Part shown: positions 11,759 to 22,900 of the stretch, piece by piece
Layout of the letters: every line of letters starts with the position of its first letter
Numbering within the stretch: the stretch's first letter is position 1
Assembly: GCA_963977015.1 (NCBI GenBank)
Contig: CAXBMO010000006.1
Location: 224,001 to 288,000, forward strand
Source of the DNA: an uncultured bacterium
GTDB lineage: Bacteria; Verrucomicrobiota; Verrucomicrobiia; Verrucomicrobiales; DEV007
DNA: 64,000 nt
Direction: 5' to 3'
Made by a program: the position numbers and the translations under genes
Notes under the pieces: model-generated
What the model saw: only the letters and a program-made list of their open reading frames with translations
Databases searched by the model: none
What the model was told of the DNA's origin: nothing

Positions 11759-13606
11759 GTGACTACCGCCATTCTTACCGCTTTTGTGGTTGGGTTGATC
11801 AGCGCACTATCCCTTCCGCTGGGAACGCTGACTTCGGCGTTTTGGCGACCCGGTGACCGGACGATTGCCTTCCTGATGGCGTTCGGTGGCGGCGCCTTGA
11901 TCGCGGCGTTGACGATCGATCTCGCGGGGCCGGCGTTGGCGAAAGGCCACTTCAATTGGCTCGCATCCGGATGTATCCTCGGCGGATTGCTCTTTGTGCT
12001 CCTCGATCAGACGATCAATCAACACGGCGGTTTCCTGCGAAAGATGTCGACCACCGTCTATCACTTGCGCCTCAAGGAAACCCGCCGTTTCAAACGCGCG
12101 TTGCGACAGCTCAAACGGTTGGAGGTGTTCACCGGGTTGCCGCGCGATACCATTTCGAAATTGACGGAATCGGCGAGGTATCAGCGGGTCAAGAAGGGGG
12201 AAACGCTCTTTTGCGAGGGAGATGTCAGTGGGTGTCTGTATGTGGTCGAGGAAGGTGAGTTCGAGTTGTTAGACCCGAAAGACGGGATGAAGCAACTGAT
12301 GCGGGTGAAGAGGAATGATGCCTTTGGCTACAATGCCTTCCTTACGGGTTGTCCCCACGCGGCGGTGGCGAAGGCGCATCGTGATGGGGGCGTGCTGATT
12401 TTGGCACGGTCGGTCTTCGAGCCGGTGGCGACCGAGTGCGACGTCTTGCAGCACAAGATGACGGAATACTTTGAGGCCGAAGACACCGCGCGCTATCTGC
12501 GGGAACGCCAGGGGCTTACCGGCGAGGAGATCGAAAGCTGGAGATCGACGGCAATCGAGGCGGTGAAGGCCGGCAAGCCGATTCCGTCTGCGGTCGACTC
12601 GGATCGGCAGGAACCGCCGCTGAGCGAAATCCTGGAACAGGTCAGTCGAATCCCGATCTTTCAGGGATTGCCGGACGAGGATATTCAGTTTCTCGCGTCC
12701 TGTTGTTTCACGAAAAGTCATCCGCGCGGTCACACGTTCTTTTATGCGGGAGAGTCGAGCGAGCGGCTCCATATCCTGGAAGCCGGGCAAGTCGTCCTCC
12801 TTGATCCGAAGAAACCGGATCGCAAACCGCTGCGGCTCGATGCCTGCGACGAGTTTGGCGCGCTGTCGTTCCTGACCGGAGCCAAACACAGTGTGAGCGC
12901 GGTCGCCTCCTCCGATGTGACGGTGCGGATTCTCCTGCGTCGCCACTTTGACGAATTGATGAAGCGCTCGCCGGCATTCGCCTCCGCGGTGGAAGACTTC
13001 ATCCAACAGGAAACGCTCGCCCGCTATCTGCAGGACAAGCAACAGTTCGATTCGGACAAAACGGCGCGTTGGGTTTCGCAGGCGGTGGGACGCTCGGAAG
13101 GCGGCAAGCTGTTGCCGTCAGCCGCCGATATGACGCGCGAGATTCAGCAGCACCAGGGCGCGCCGCTCGCCATCTGGCTCGGAATTCTGCTTGATGGCAT
13201 CCCGGAATCGCTCGTCATTGGCGCCAGCGTCGGGAGCAAGGGCTTTGTCAGCATGTCCCTCATTGCCGGGGTCTTCCTGTCCAACTACCCGGAAGCCCTC
13301 TCGAGCTCGGTCGGCATGAAACAGCAGGGAATGCCGTTTCGCCGCATTCTTCTCATGTGGACATCGTTGATGATCCTGACGGGGATTGGCGCCGCGCTCG
13401 GCGTCATCTTCTTCGTCGGGGCGCCACCGGGAATGTTTTCGCTCGTGGAAGGCATCGCCGCGGGAGCCATGCTCACGATGATCGCCCAGACCATGCTTCC
13501 CGAAGCCTACTTGAAAGGTGGCTCCATTACCGGATTCGCAACCCTGTTGGGATTCCTCGCCGCGATCTTTTTCAAGACGCTTGAAGGTGGTGGCGGTGGG
13601 CATTGA
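11759..13606 (+). CDS. ZIP-family metal transporter with two cNMP-binding domains inserted
   Basis: N-terminal TMs (FLMAFGGGALIAAL), two CAP/cNMP folds, C-terminal LDGIPES, FLSNYPEA, GIAAGAML..IAQTMLPEA. Confidence 0.85.
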   Translation: MTTAILTAFVVGLISALSLPLGTLTSAFWRPGDRTIAFLMAFGGGALIAALTIDLAGPALAKGHFNWLASGCILGGLLFVLLDQTINQHGGFLRKMSTTVYHLRLKETRRFKRALRQLKRLEVFTGLPRDTISKLTESARYQRVKKGETLFCEGDVSGCLYVVEEGEFELLDPKDGMKQLMRVKRNDAFGYNAFLTGCPHAAVAKAHRDGGVLILARSVFEPVATECDVLQHKMTEYFEAEDTARYLRERQGLTGEEIESWRSTAIEAVKAGKPIPSAVDSDRQEPPLSEILEQVSRIPIFQGLPDEDIQFLASCCFTKSHPRGHTFFYAGESSERLHILEAGQVVLLDPKKPDRKPLRLDACDEFGALSFLTGAKHSVSAVASSDVTVRILLRRHFDELMKRSPAFASAVEDFIQQETLARYLQDKQQFDSDKTARWVSQAVGRSEGGKLLPSAADMTREIQQHQGAPLAIWLGILLDGIPESLVIGASVGSKGFVSMSLIAGVFLSNYPEALSSSVGMKQQGMPFRRILLMWTSLMILTGIGAALGVIFFVGAPPGMFSLVEGIAAGAMLTMIAQTMLPEAYLKGGSITGFATLLGFLAAIFFKTLEGGGGGH

Positions 13607-13696
13607 TCGTCCTGACGTTCCCGATCCAAAGCGTTCTTGTTCTTGGCAAAAGGCTGGACTCAGCTACGCTTCAAGACCCGAATTCTTCCGACGACG

Positions 13697-13885
13697 ATGC
13701 TTCTACTCCTTCCCATTCTCCTGGCGGCGGTCGCCTATGTCATCGCGGGATTCATCATCGCCTGCCGAACGAAGAATCCGGTCGTGCGATGGGGGTTTGG
13801 GGTTTCGGCCGCGCTCACGCTCTTGGCGCTCATCTTCGGAGCCTTCGTTGTCTTCTTCGGCACCCAGCTTCCAGCTCCTCCCTGA
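13697..13885 (+). CDS. Small two-TM membrane protein
   Basis: 62-aa ORF with two hydrophobic helices. Confidence 0.55.
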   Translation: MLLLLPILLAAVAYVIAGFIIACRTKNPVVRWGFGVSAALTLLALIFGAFVVFFGTQLPAPP

Positions 13886-13892
13886 GGCGGGA

Positions 13893-15677
13893 TCACCAGG
13901 ATTTAATGGTATTGCTGAGCCGTTTCTCGGTCTGTGGATCTCTCGAAACGTTGCGATACGTGATGTCGTAGTGATAGGAAAGAAGATCGTCGGCAAACTG
14001 AATTGGGATCTCCTCGTTTTGGAGAGATTGGAGATGTTGCGCCAAAGTGCGTCCCGTCGGCATGGGATGACCGAGGCGCGCGCAGGCTTGATGGAATAGC
14101 ATGAGATAGCCTGGAGTCGGTGACGAATGCGCGGAAAGTCCCTGCATCGTGCCACGACTGGACCTTCCGCGTTGGAAGGCCCGCAGGAAAACCAGAATGG
14201 TGAGCCCGATTCCGAGGGCGATGAAAACCCACACTGAACTGCTGGGAAGCGCGATTCCAATCCGCCGACCGTTTCCTTCGCCCTCGTTGTGGAGGAACTC
14301 TTTCAATGCGGGGGGATTCTCGCCGGGAGTGGTCGTCATCGCCTGTGGCCGTGAAGGTGTCGGCGTTGTGTCAAACACGACCCAACCGTAGTCCTGAAGG
14401 TGGATCTCGGTCCAGGCGTGGCCGTGTTTGCTAAGAAAAACGAATTGGTCGTGCTTCTGGTAATGTCGCCCCCCGGTCCAACCAAAACAAATGCGGGACG
14501 GGACTCCCAGCTCGCGCGTGAGGAGCGCGGAGGCCGAGGCAAAGTGCACGCAAAAGCCCTTTCCGGTTTCCGGGTTGCCCAGAAAGTTCTCCAACGCGCA
14601 CTTCCCATTGTCCGGATAGTTCACGAGAAGCGAATAGGAGTAGGTGTTGCGCAGCCATTCCTGCAATTGGACGAGGCGTTCGCTCAGCGAGGCGGTGCCG
14701 TCAAACTGCATCGAGAGGGACTGGATCTGCGCTTGCAAGCCGGGATGGGAGGTCGGCGCGCGATAGACCGCCTCTGTCTCCCCGGGCGCGATTGAGCGCC
14801 CATTGGAAACCAGGTCTTCCAACCGCAGCGGCGATGAACTGGCTTCGTATTGGTAGTGTTTGACTTGAGGGCTGAGGATAGGGAGTAGCCAGGTTCCCGG
14901 TGAAATTCGGGTCACTTCCGGAAGCTGGACCGTAAGGCCGCCCTGGAGAAGGTTGACCGTATTCAACCGGTCGAAGTGGCGCCCGTGCAGGATTGAGTAT
15001 TCGTAGGAAGGTGCCGAGTTGGGCGCATGCAAAGGAATCAGTCCATCGCGATTTGGCGACACGGTTTGCGAATCCGTGACGGCTTGAGTGGTCCAGCGAT
15101 CACCGTCAAAAAAATCGTGCGCGAACGCGCTGATGTAGACCGGGCCGGAGTTGGCGAGCCGTTCGGCGTCTTTGGAGGTCTTCATCTCCAAACGAACCTC
15201 CGGTTTGTCCTTCAGCGTCAGGTTCGCCGAAGTCGGAACCGCGGCTCCGCTTGGATCAAAGGTGGTCCGCACTTCGGTGTGAACGTCGCCGCTGAAGAAC
15301 TGCATCTGCCCCGCCTCCGCGGCATCCCAATCAATCTCCCCCTCCTCGCCGGCCTCCAGTTGAACCTCGTCAGTCCGGACGAGTTTGTAGCTCCATCGGG
15401 TGGCCGTGGTGGGTCCGAAAACGAAGAGGAGATAGAGCACAACCAAACTCAGGGTGATGGCGCTCCCGCCCGCGACCCGGTCGAGCCGGCTGGGTTTTTG
15501 GCGGTGTTGAAAGTGGGGCGCATGAGGCGTTGGTGCGAGCCGGCTCATCAGCCCAAAGGCAGCTGCCAGCGAAGCAAGCGCGACAAACGTTCGGAGCCAG
15601 AAGTCCAATTGCACCGGCCATCCTCGAAGCGTCAGGAAGGCGAGCAGCAAGGCGGGAATGAGGATGAGGCGCTCCAT
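13893..15677 (-). CDS. Membrane transglutaminase-like protein (TgpA type)
   Basis: GFCVHFASA..L.RELGVPSR, HAWTEI, W..FD.TP (Cys-His-Asp triad). Confidence 0.88.
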   Translation of the reverse strand: MERLILIPALLLAFLTLRGWPVQLDFWLRTFVALASLAAAFGLMSRLAPTPHAPHFQHRQKPSRLDRVAGGSAITLSLVVLYLLFVFGPTTATRWSYKLVRTDEVQLEAGEEGEIDWDAAEAGQMQFFSGDVHTEVRTTFDPSGAAVPTSANLTLKDKPEVRLEMKTSKDAERLANSGPVYISAFAHDFFDGDRWTTQAVTDSQTVSPNRDGLIPLHAPNSAPSYEYSILHGRHFDRLNTVNLLQGGLTVQLPEVTRISPGTWLLPILSPQVKHYQYEASSSPLRLEDLVSNGRSIAPGETEAVYRAPTSHPGLQAQIQSLSMQFDGTASLSERLVQLQEWLRNTYSYSLLVNYPDNGKCALENFLGNPETGKGFCVHFASASALLTRELGVPSRICFGWTGGRHYQKHDQFVFLSKHGHAWTEIHLQDYGWVVFDTTPTPSRPQAMTTTPGENPPALKEFLHNEGEGNGRRIGIALPSSSVWVFIALGIGLTILVFLRAFQRGRSSRGTMQGLSAHSSPTPGYLMLFHQACARLGHPMPTGRTLAQHLQSLQNEEIPIQFADDLLSYHYDITYRNVSRDPQTEKRLSNTIKSW

Positions 15678-15679
15678 GT

Positions 15680-16813
15680 TCAGGGAATCAGTTGCATCCG
15701 GCGTTTGCGAAAACGGACTTGCCGGATGTCGACGATGATCACCTGCGGATGGGTCGACGGAACCAGGTGGATCCAGTTGTCCGGCGGTGAATCGGAAACC
15801 ACGATCAGCTGTTCATCGGTCGGGACGCTCTGGAGGATCTCGGCAAGCTCGCTCGGCTTCGTCGGTTTGGGATGTGGGGTTTGCGCGAGGAGGGCGAGGC
15901 AATCGGAGTATTGGGCGCGGTTCTCGCAGGGGCGACAGAGCCAGTTCGTAAAGTCGGCTTGCAGCGTGATCCTGGTCTGGCCCGCCTGGAGATAGTTCAG
16001 GGTCCCGGCGACCAGCGAAAGTCCGCGTTCAAAACGGTCAAACCGAATCACCTCACCGGTCGTGGGTTGGGAATGGAAAATGAGGCGACAGCGATAAGGA
16101 TGAAAACCCGGCGGATCGTAGGCTCTCACCTGCAAACTCTGGTCCCGGGCCAACGAGCGCGCCGTCGCGGATTGATGAATCCGGTTCGCCGGATCGCCCG
16201 GCTGATACGGTCGCACCCCGCGTGGTTCGCCCAGAAAATCTCCCATCGCGATTCCGCTCGTCGGCATGTTGTCCGGTTGCGCCCCTTCCGAAAGCAGCTC
16301 GAGCGGCGTGATGAGGCGCGGGTAAACCAGGACCGGAGCGGGAACCGTCAAGCTTCGGCGAACCTCGAACAGCCCCAACGGAAACCGCGAAACCAACTCG
16401 GTCTCCACCTCGGAAAAGGCGGAGCGCACGGGAATACTAAGCCGATCATGAAGCGCGGAGCCGCTGCCGACCGGGGTCCAGGGCAGGTAACCGAGACGCT
16501 CGACGTTTTGCGGAAATCGGATCGCCACCGTCACCTGGTAGGCATCCAGCAAGCGCCGCCCGTTCCACAACTCCGCATTGTAGGGAACGCTTCGAGCCGC
16601 ATGAAAACGTCGCGGCACCTGAAGCCTCAGCTCCAGATTTCGCAGGTTCAACGGAGCGAGAACCTGGCCGCACCCCACCAGCAGCAGACCACAGAATCCC
16701 AACGTCATCATCGCCCCGTCATGGAACAGGGTTCCGACAATGAGCAGCATCGCCGCGCCACAAGCGAGAGCGACGCCGAGTCCGGTGATCGTGCGGTGAA
16801 TCCCTTGTTCCAC
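15680..16813 (-). CDS. DUF58 protein
   Basis: SRFPLGLF, VLVYPR, GVRPYQPGDP.NRIH; in MoxR operon. Confidence 0.88.
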   Translation of the reverse strand: MEQGIHRTITGLGVALACGAAMLLIVGTLFHDGAMMTLGFCGLLLVGCGQVLAPLNLRNLELRLQVPRRFHAARSVPYNAELWNGRRLLDAYQVTVAIRFPQNVERLGYLPWTPVGSGSALHDRLSIPVRSAFSEVETELVSRFPLGLFEVRRSLTVPAPVLVYPRLITPLELLSEGAQPDNMPTSGIAMGDFLGEPRGVRPYQPGDPANRIHQSATARSLARDQSLQVRAYDPPGFHPYRCRLIFHSQPTTGEVIRFDRFERGLSLVAGTLNYLQAGQTRITLQADFTNWLCRPCENRAQYSDCLALLAQTPHPKPTKPSELAEILQSVPTDEQLIVVSDSPPDNWIHLVPSTHPQVIIVDIRQVRFRKRRMQLIP

Positions 16814-17728
16814 CTAACCCACCTTGGTTTGTTCGAGAGCCTGGGCAATCGCCAGCTCGGGATCACTTCCATCCTCGCAAATCAACCGGTGCCGCATCAC
16901 GTGGGGAAACATCTCCTGCACGTGTTCCGGCAGCGTCGCCGATTCTCCCGCAATCAACGCCCGCGCCTGCGACGCGCGCAACAGTGCAATCGATCCGCGA
17001 ACCGAGACCGTATGCTCGCCGCCGGCCAATCGGCGCAACGTCTCACTCAACGCGACGACATAACGCGTTAGCTCATCACTCACCGTCAGCTCGGGAACCC
17101 GGCTTTGCAGCTTCACCACATCATCCGGACTCAACAACGATTCTGTGGAGGCCGAATCGAGGTCGTCGGACGCATGCGTCCGCAGAATTTTCGCCTGCAC
17201 CGTGGGGGAGGGGAGGCTCATCGGGATCGAAAGCAGAAAGCGATCCAGCTGCGGCTCCGGCAAGGGAAACGTCCCCGTCGTCGACGTGTTGTTCTGCGTC
17301 GCGATGACCATGAACGGCGCCTCCAAACCGCGGGTTTCCCCATCGATCGTCACCTGTCCCTCGTTCATCGCCTCCAGCAGGGCCGACTGCACCCGGGGCG
17401 ACGTCCGGTTGATCTCATCCGCCAGAACGAGATTCGCAAAAACCGGCCCCGGCACAAAGGTGAACTCGTTCGTATGCGCCCGATACAGATTGTAGCCGAG
17501 AATGTCCGACGGCAGCAGATCGGGCGTAAACTGGATGCGCTTGAACGTTCCGCCAATCCCGGTCGCCAGCGCATGCGCAATCGACGTCTTCCCGATTCCC
17601 GGCGGCCCCTCGATCAGGGCGTGACCCTTCGCCAGCAACGCCGTCAGCAGCAGGTTGGCAGGCTCTTCCGCCCCCAACACCGTGGACACCAGGCGTTGAC
17701 GAAGTTGATGCAATCTCTCAGTAGGCAC
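16814..17728 (-). CDS. moxR: MoxR-family AAA+ ATPase
   Basis: GPPGIGKT, RIQFTPDLLPSDI, LADEINR, VIATQN, LPEPQLDRF. Confidence 0.93.
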   Translation of the reverse strand: MPTERLHQLRQRLVSTVLGAEEPANLLLTALLAKGHALIEGPPGIGKTSIAHALATGIGGTFKRIQFTPDLLPSDILGYNLYRAHTNEFTFVPGPVFANLVLADEINRTSPRVQSALLEAMNEGQVTIDGETRGLEAPFMVIATQNNTSTTGTFPLPEPQLDRFLLSIPMSLPSPTVQAKILRTHASDDLDSASTESLLSPDDVVKLQSRVPELTVSDELTRYVVALSETLRRLAGGEHTVSVRGSIALLRASQARALIAGESATLPEHVQEMFPHVMRHRLICEDGSDPELAIAQALEQTKVG

Positions 17729-17858
17729 TCGACAGTGATAGCGGGGCGGGGCGTGGATGAAAATGTCAAAATCCAGAATCTGGACCCGGAATCGTCCTTC
17801 CCGAGCTCGAAAAACGCCCGAGCCATCCCAACGGCTCGGGCGCAAACTGGAAACCTGT

Positions 17859-18203
17859 TTACGGCTCAGTCAGTAGTTCCACTACCTCCAACACCTTGTC
17901 CTTCGCGTAACTGTGCCCCTCCACCGTCGTAACGATTTCGCCCGCCGCATTGGTCGCGATAATGCCATGGGTTTTCAGGCCCGCTTTGGTGACTTTCTCT
18001 CGAACTCCCTCCGCCGTCATGCTGGCGGTCTCGAAGTTGATGGCATCACCCTGCTCGTTTTTGAGGTCATTCACGATGACCGTAATCTTGGCGCAAAGCG
18101 GTCATCCATCGAAGTACGCGTAAAACAGAGTCGGCTTCGAATCGTCGGCATTGGCAAAACCCGTCAGGGCCAGGAAGAGGATGATAGAATGGAGGTATTT
18201 CAT
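17859..18203 (-). CDS. Secreted thioredoxin-like selenoprotein (UxxC), 114 aa
   Basis: MKYLHSIILFLALTGFANA signal peptide, then LFYAYFDG-TGA-PLCAK in frame with ORF 17859-18074; SECIS-like hairpin downstream of the TGA. Confidence 0.82.
18065..18081 (-). promoter_or_regulatory. Candidate bacterial SECIS element
   Basis: GGUCAU-CGUGA-AUGACC hairpin with a GU-containing loop beginning 26 nt after the UGA. Confidence 0.6.
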
Positions 18204-18289
18204 AAGAACTTTTCGACTATCACGCCAACCCCGCTTCTGGCGAACCATTTTTCGTGAAGGGGAATCCCCCAATCGTGTCACCTTCCAGC

Positions 18290-18378
18290 GTAAATTGGGA
18301 CACCGGCCCGTTCCCGCAGGCGAAGGGCCCGTTCGACCAGCCGGATTCTCTGGGGAACGGGTCAGTGCCCCGTTTTAC
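18290..18378. repeat. Palindromic MITE/REP-like element, copy 1
   Basis: GTAAATTGGGACACCGGCCCGTTCC...GGAACGGGTCAGTGCCCCGTTTTAC; homologous to 25198-25276. Confidence 0.8.
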
Positions 18379-18553
18379 TGGCGTGAATTGGACGCGATGG
18401 AATTGGGCCGGATATCTTGATGCGCTGAGTTGATCGGCAAATGGCTCACGGGGGAGTTCACGATCCGAACCAAGCTCCTGCTTTGGCGAGAAACCTACGA
18501 TTCGTCTCCTTCCTCACGTTGCGATCCGAAAAAATCGGTCTAGGCTCCGGGCC

Positions 18554-19630
18554 ATGAAAATCCCCATCTATTTTGTCGCCGCGCTTGGATTGACGTTCGC
18601 CGCCAACGCTGAGGAAGTCGCCGTGTTCGAGAGTGGAATGATCCAGCCGTTTTCGCTGATTTTCGCCGCAGATGGCACGGCCTACGGCGTCGAGTATGAA
18701 AAAGGGAATCGAGTCTTTACCATCAGCAAATCGGGGGAAGTCCGCTTCATCGCCGGTCGCAACACTCCGGGCGGCAAAAACCTTGGCGACGTGGCCGAAG
18801 GCGATGGGGGAAATATGGCCAAAGCGAGGTTCAACGGCATGCACGAACTGGCTCTTCATCCTGACGGGAAGCGCCTCTTTATCGCAGACACCTTTAACCA
18901 TCGGGTTCGCCTGATTGATCTGGAAACCGGCACCGTTTCCACCTTTGCGGGGCAAGGCGGCAACGCCGGATTCGGAGGTGATGGTGGCCCGGCCAGTGAA
19001 GCGAAATTTGACCAACCTTACACCGTCACCCTCAATCCCGCAGGCGACAAACTGCTGGTCCCCGATATCGGAAACCGCCGCGTTCGGGAAATTGATTTGG
19101 TTACCGGAAAAATCGTCACCATCGCTGGGAACGGAAAGGGAGGCATTCCCAAAGATGGTGAGCCGGCCACCGAGCAGCCACTCGTCTCGCCCCGTGCCGC
19201 CTGCTATGGATCGGACGGAACCATTTACCTTGCCTCCCGCAACGGAAACGCCGTTCGCGAGATCGATCCCCAGAGCAAAATTCGCACCATCGTCTCCCGA
19301 TCCGGCAAAGCTGGCTACTCTGGAGATGGCGGGCCCGCCGTTGACGCCCAACTCAACGGCCCCAAACATCATTGTCTCGACCCGCAGGGCAACCTCATCA
19401 TCACTGACGACGTCAACCATTGCATCCGGCTTTACGTTCCCGAGACCGGCAAGATTCACCTCATTGCTGGCGTTCCCCAAAAATCCGGAACCAAGGTCGG
19501 AAGCGGCCCCCTCGAAACCCAACTCAATCGCCCTCATGGTGCACGGATCGACGCCGAGGGAAGATTCTGGGTCTCCGACAGCATGAATCATCGCGTTTTG
19601 CGTTTTTCGGGGATGCCTAAGGTCGAGTAG
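18554..19630 (+). CDS. Secreted NHL-repeat beta-propeller protein
   Basis: Signal peptide; repeated GDGGPA..A.F..P and IADTFNHRVR motifs. Confidence 0.88.
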   Translation: MKIPIYFVAALGLTFAANAEEVAVFESGMIQPFSLIFAADGTAYGVEYEKGNRVFTISKSGEVRFIAGRNTPGGKNLGDVAEGDGGNMAKARFNGMHELALHPDGKRLFIADTFNHRVRLIDLETGTVSTFAGQGGNAGFGGDGGPASEAKFDQPYTVTLNPAGDKLLVPDIGNRRVREIDLVTGKIVTIAGNGKGGIPKDGEPATEQPLVSPRAACYGSDGTIYLASRNGNAVREIDPQSKIRTIVSRSGKAGYSGDGGPAVDAQLNGPKHHCLDPQGNLIITDDVNHCIRLYVPETGKIHLIAGVPQKSGTKVGSGPLETQLNRPHGARIDAEGRFWVSDSMNHRVLRFSGMPKVE

Positions 19631-19963
19631 GGCCTTTCATCGCGCGAACGGTCGATTTTCGATCGCGTTGGCCATGGAATGGGCGGCCTGCTGGGGCGAT
19701 GAGAAGCGCAGGAAAAAAGTCGTTAACGTGCGGATGTCGAATCCGAATTGCGGTTTCGCTTGCGAAGAAGGACTCCAAAATAGTCTCCTGCCGATCTTAC
19801 CACGGAACTGTTTATCGAGTCTTGATAACCATCTGTAGGCATCGCCTCTATTGAGCCGTAATCATTTCGTGTTGGACCAACGCGGCCGTCCGGAATTGAT
19901 TTTCAACAATGCGGAGCGAGAGGAGTCCAAGTCCGCGCACGTTGACTAAGCCCTGACTTTGGC

Positions 19964-22900
19964 ATGAACTTTTTATCCTTTTCCAAAACCCTTACCGTTG
20001 TCTTTTTCCTATCCAGTTTCGCCGCCGGAGCGGAGTTGCGATTCGCTGGTTCGCTGGGCAATTCCGGGGAATCCGGCGACACCCTGGTGACGTTTTCCGA
20101 GCAAACCGCCAGCGGGATGGGGCCGGTGATCGACGACGCGCTGACGATCTGGGAACGCGGCGGGTCGGGAAAATTGAACCGCTATGCGCTGGACGGACGG
20201 CTTTTGGCGAGTTTCGCAATTCCGGCGAGCACGGAACGCAGCGACCAGCTGACCCGGGCGGGTGATTTGCTGGTGATGAAGATCGGCCGGGGCTTGTTCA
20301 CGTTGCCGCTCGACGCGGTGCCGGGAACCGCAGCGACCCGGCTCGCGGGCGAGGCGGAAATCCTGTCATCATCCAGTTTCGAGGGGAAAGTCGCGGTGTT
20401 CGCGAAGAGTAGCGGAGAGGTTTCCTGGCTCGATCCGGCGACCGGAGAACGAACTCCGGCCTTGAAGCCGGATTTCCGGGTCACCGACTTGCATCCCACT
20501 GGCGACGGCACGCTTTACCTGTTCGGCGGGGGAGAAGTGCGCGCCTGGAAGGACGGGGAACTGCTGCCCGGGTTTCCCCTCGGTTTCAACGGCGAGCGGC
20601 CCCGGAAAATCGGGCGGTTCTGGTACAGCTTCAGCTGGCACGGAACCATCAACCGGATGAACGACCAGTTCGAGCCGGACCCGGGCGTGGTTCTGGGTGG
20701 GGCCTCGGGTTCGTTTATCGGTTACCTGCCGGAGAGCGTCGACCTGACTTTGGGGCGGGGAATCGCACTGGTGCGGGACGGCATCCACGCGGTCTCGGGG
20801 CTGGAAGGCGTGGTCCAGCTTCTGCAGTGGAACGGGGCGGAAGAGCGGTTCGAGGTGGTGCGCCGGATCGGGGCGTTGCCGGGGCTGAACGGCGTGGCGC
20901 TCGACGCGGCCGGGAACATCTGGACGCCGCACGGCAGTTGGCGCTGGGACGATTCCGCCGAAACGCCGAACACCCTGGGCGACAAGCGGCCGGATGTGAT
21001 GGCCCAGCCGGTGGTCTTGGATGGGCAGACGCTCTGCCTCTTGAAGAAGCATTACAGTTCCGTGCAGCTGGCTCGCGGGCCGTTCATCGACGCGAGCGGC
21101 TGGTCGCACTTCGACACTCCCGGGATCAAGAATTTCGAGCTGCCCGACTCGGTCAGCGGAGCGGCGGTGGTTCCGGACGGGAACGGCCTGACGCTGATCG
21201 CGGTGGAACGCGGGGGCCAGGCCTTTGAACTCGGCATCAACGAGGCGGGCCAGCTGCGTTCCGCGCCGAAACCGGTGACGTTGCCGGGATTGCAGGATTG
21301 CACCAGCCTGGCCTGGTTCGACGGCCACCTCATCGCGGCGGACGGCGGGGAACTGGTCGCGTTTCAGCGCGATGGCGATGGCAACTGGAAGGAAACCTCG
21401 CGCCGGGCGGATTTCGGCGCCGAAATCTACGTTCACGGCGATGGGGCGCGGCTCGCGGTGAGCGACACCGAGAACGGAACGGTGCACCTCTTCGATTCGC
21501 TCGGCAACCCGCTCGCGACCCGTTCCGGCCTGCAGGCGCCGCGGCATCTCGCGGTCAGCGGAGACCGGCTTGCGGTGTTCGAAGCGGGGAGGCAGCGGCT
21601 CGTGAAGCTGGAGCTGAGCGCGGACGAAAAACCCGCGCCGGCCTTCGCGGCGAAACCGGCGCCTCCGGCCAAGGGAAAAATCGCGGAGCATGGCGAAGCG
21701 AACTTCCAGGATCTGGGGCGCCCCGGCGGGATCCCGTTTTCGGTCGCCCTGACTCCGGAGAAAAGCGGGCTTTCCCTCTCGATCCAGACGGCTGCCGATG
21801 CCGAAATCCGGATCGGGGTGGCGAACCGCCAGAACGCTTACCTCCTGACGAACGCCTCGGGAAGCGGCTCGCAGGGACGACTCGATTTCCGGCTCCCGGC
21901 CGGCGACTGGTCGGAGATCCGGCTCGCCGCGGCGCTGAAAAGCTCCGGGCAACGGGAACGATTCGGGTTTCTCGACCGTGCGCCGATTCACGCCCCGTTT
22001 TCGGACGCCCCGGCGACCTGGGCGCCGTTCGATCTCGACGCCTACCGCGAAACCGTCACCGCGCGGCAGCAGGAAATCCGGCTCACCTTCGAGCAAGCGG
22101 TGGCCGGCAAGGCGACGCTGGTGATCGAGAACGAAGCCGGGCAACGGATCCGCAACCTGGTTTCGGGCCGCTCGTTAGAGGCCGGAAAACACACCGTGAT
22201 CTGGGACGGCCTCGATGAAACCGGGAACCTGATCGCGCCGGGAACCTATCACTGGCGCGGTATCACCCATCCCGGGATCGAGCCGGTCTACCGAATGCAT
22301 TTCGCGAACGGCGGCGAGGAAACCACCGCGCCCTGGGGGCCGAACCACAGCACCTTTCACCACGCCGCGACCAACGGCGAGCTGGTTTTTTTCGCCGCGC
22401 CGGTGACCGAAGGCGGCTGGGCCCTGGTCGCGCTGGACGCGGACGGCAAGCTGGTCCAGGGCTACGAGCATCAGCACGGGTTCGGGATCCAGCACGACGC
22501 GATCGCCGCCGACGAGCGCTACCTTTACTGCGCCCAGGACGGCTTCGCCTGGGGCGGCACCAAGGGCGTCGACTTCAAGGACGCGAAGTGGACTGCGACC
22601 TGGTCGCTCACCGTGGTGCGTTATGACATTGCCTCCGGCAAAATGATCGAGTTTCCCGGCAAACGGCGCGCCTTGGAAGTGGGGACGATGGAGGTCGGCC
22701 CGGGCTCGGACCATCCCGATTTGAGCGACTTCAACCTGGGCGGACTGGCCGTGGCCGAAGGGCGGCTCTATGTCGGCTCGCGGGCGCGCCAGGCGGTCCT
22801 GGTTCTCGACCCGGAAACTGGGGAAGAACTCGAGGCGATCCCGGCTGACGGGGTGCGTCACCTCGCGGTTTCGCCGCAAAACTTGATTTACGCCGCGACC

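Noticed and set aside
19631-19963. ncRNA or riboswitch in the long intergenic region
   Set aside because: No recognisable conserved motif or stable architecture by eye
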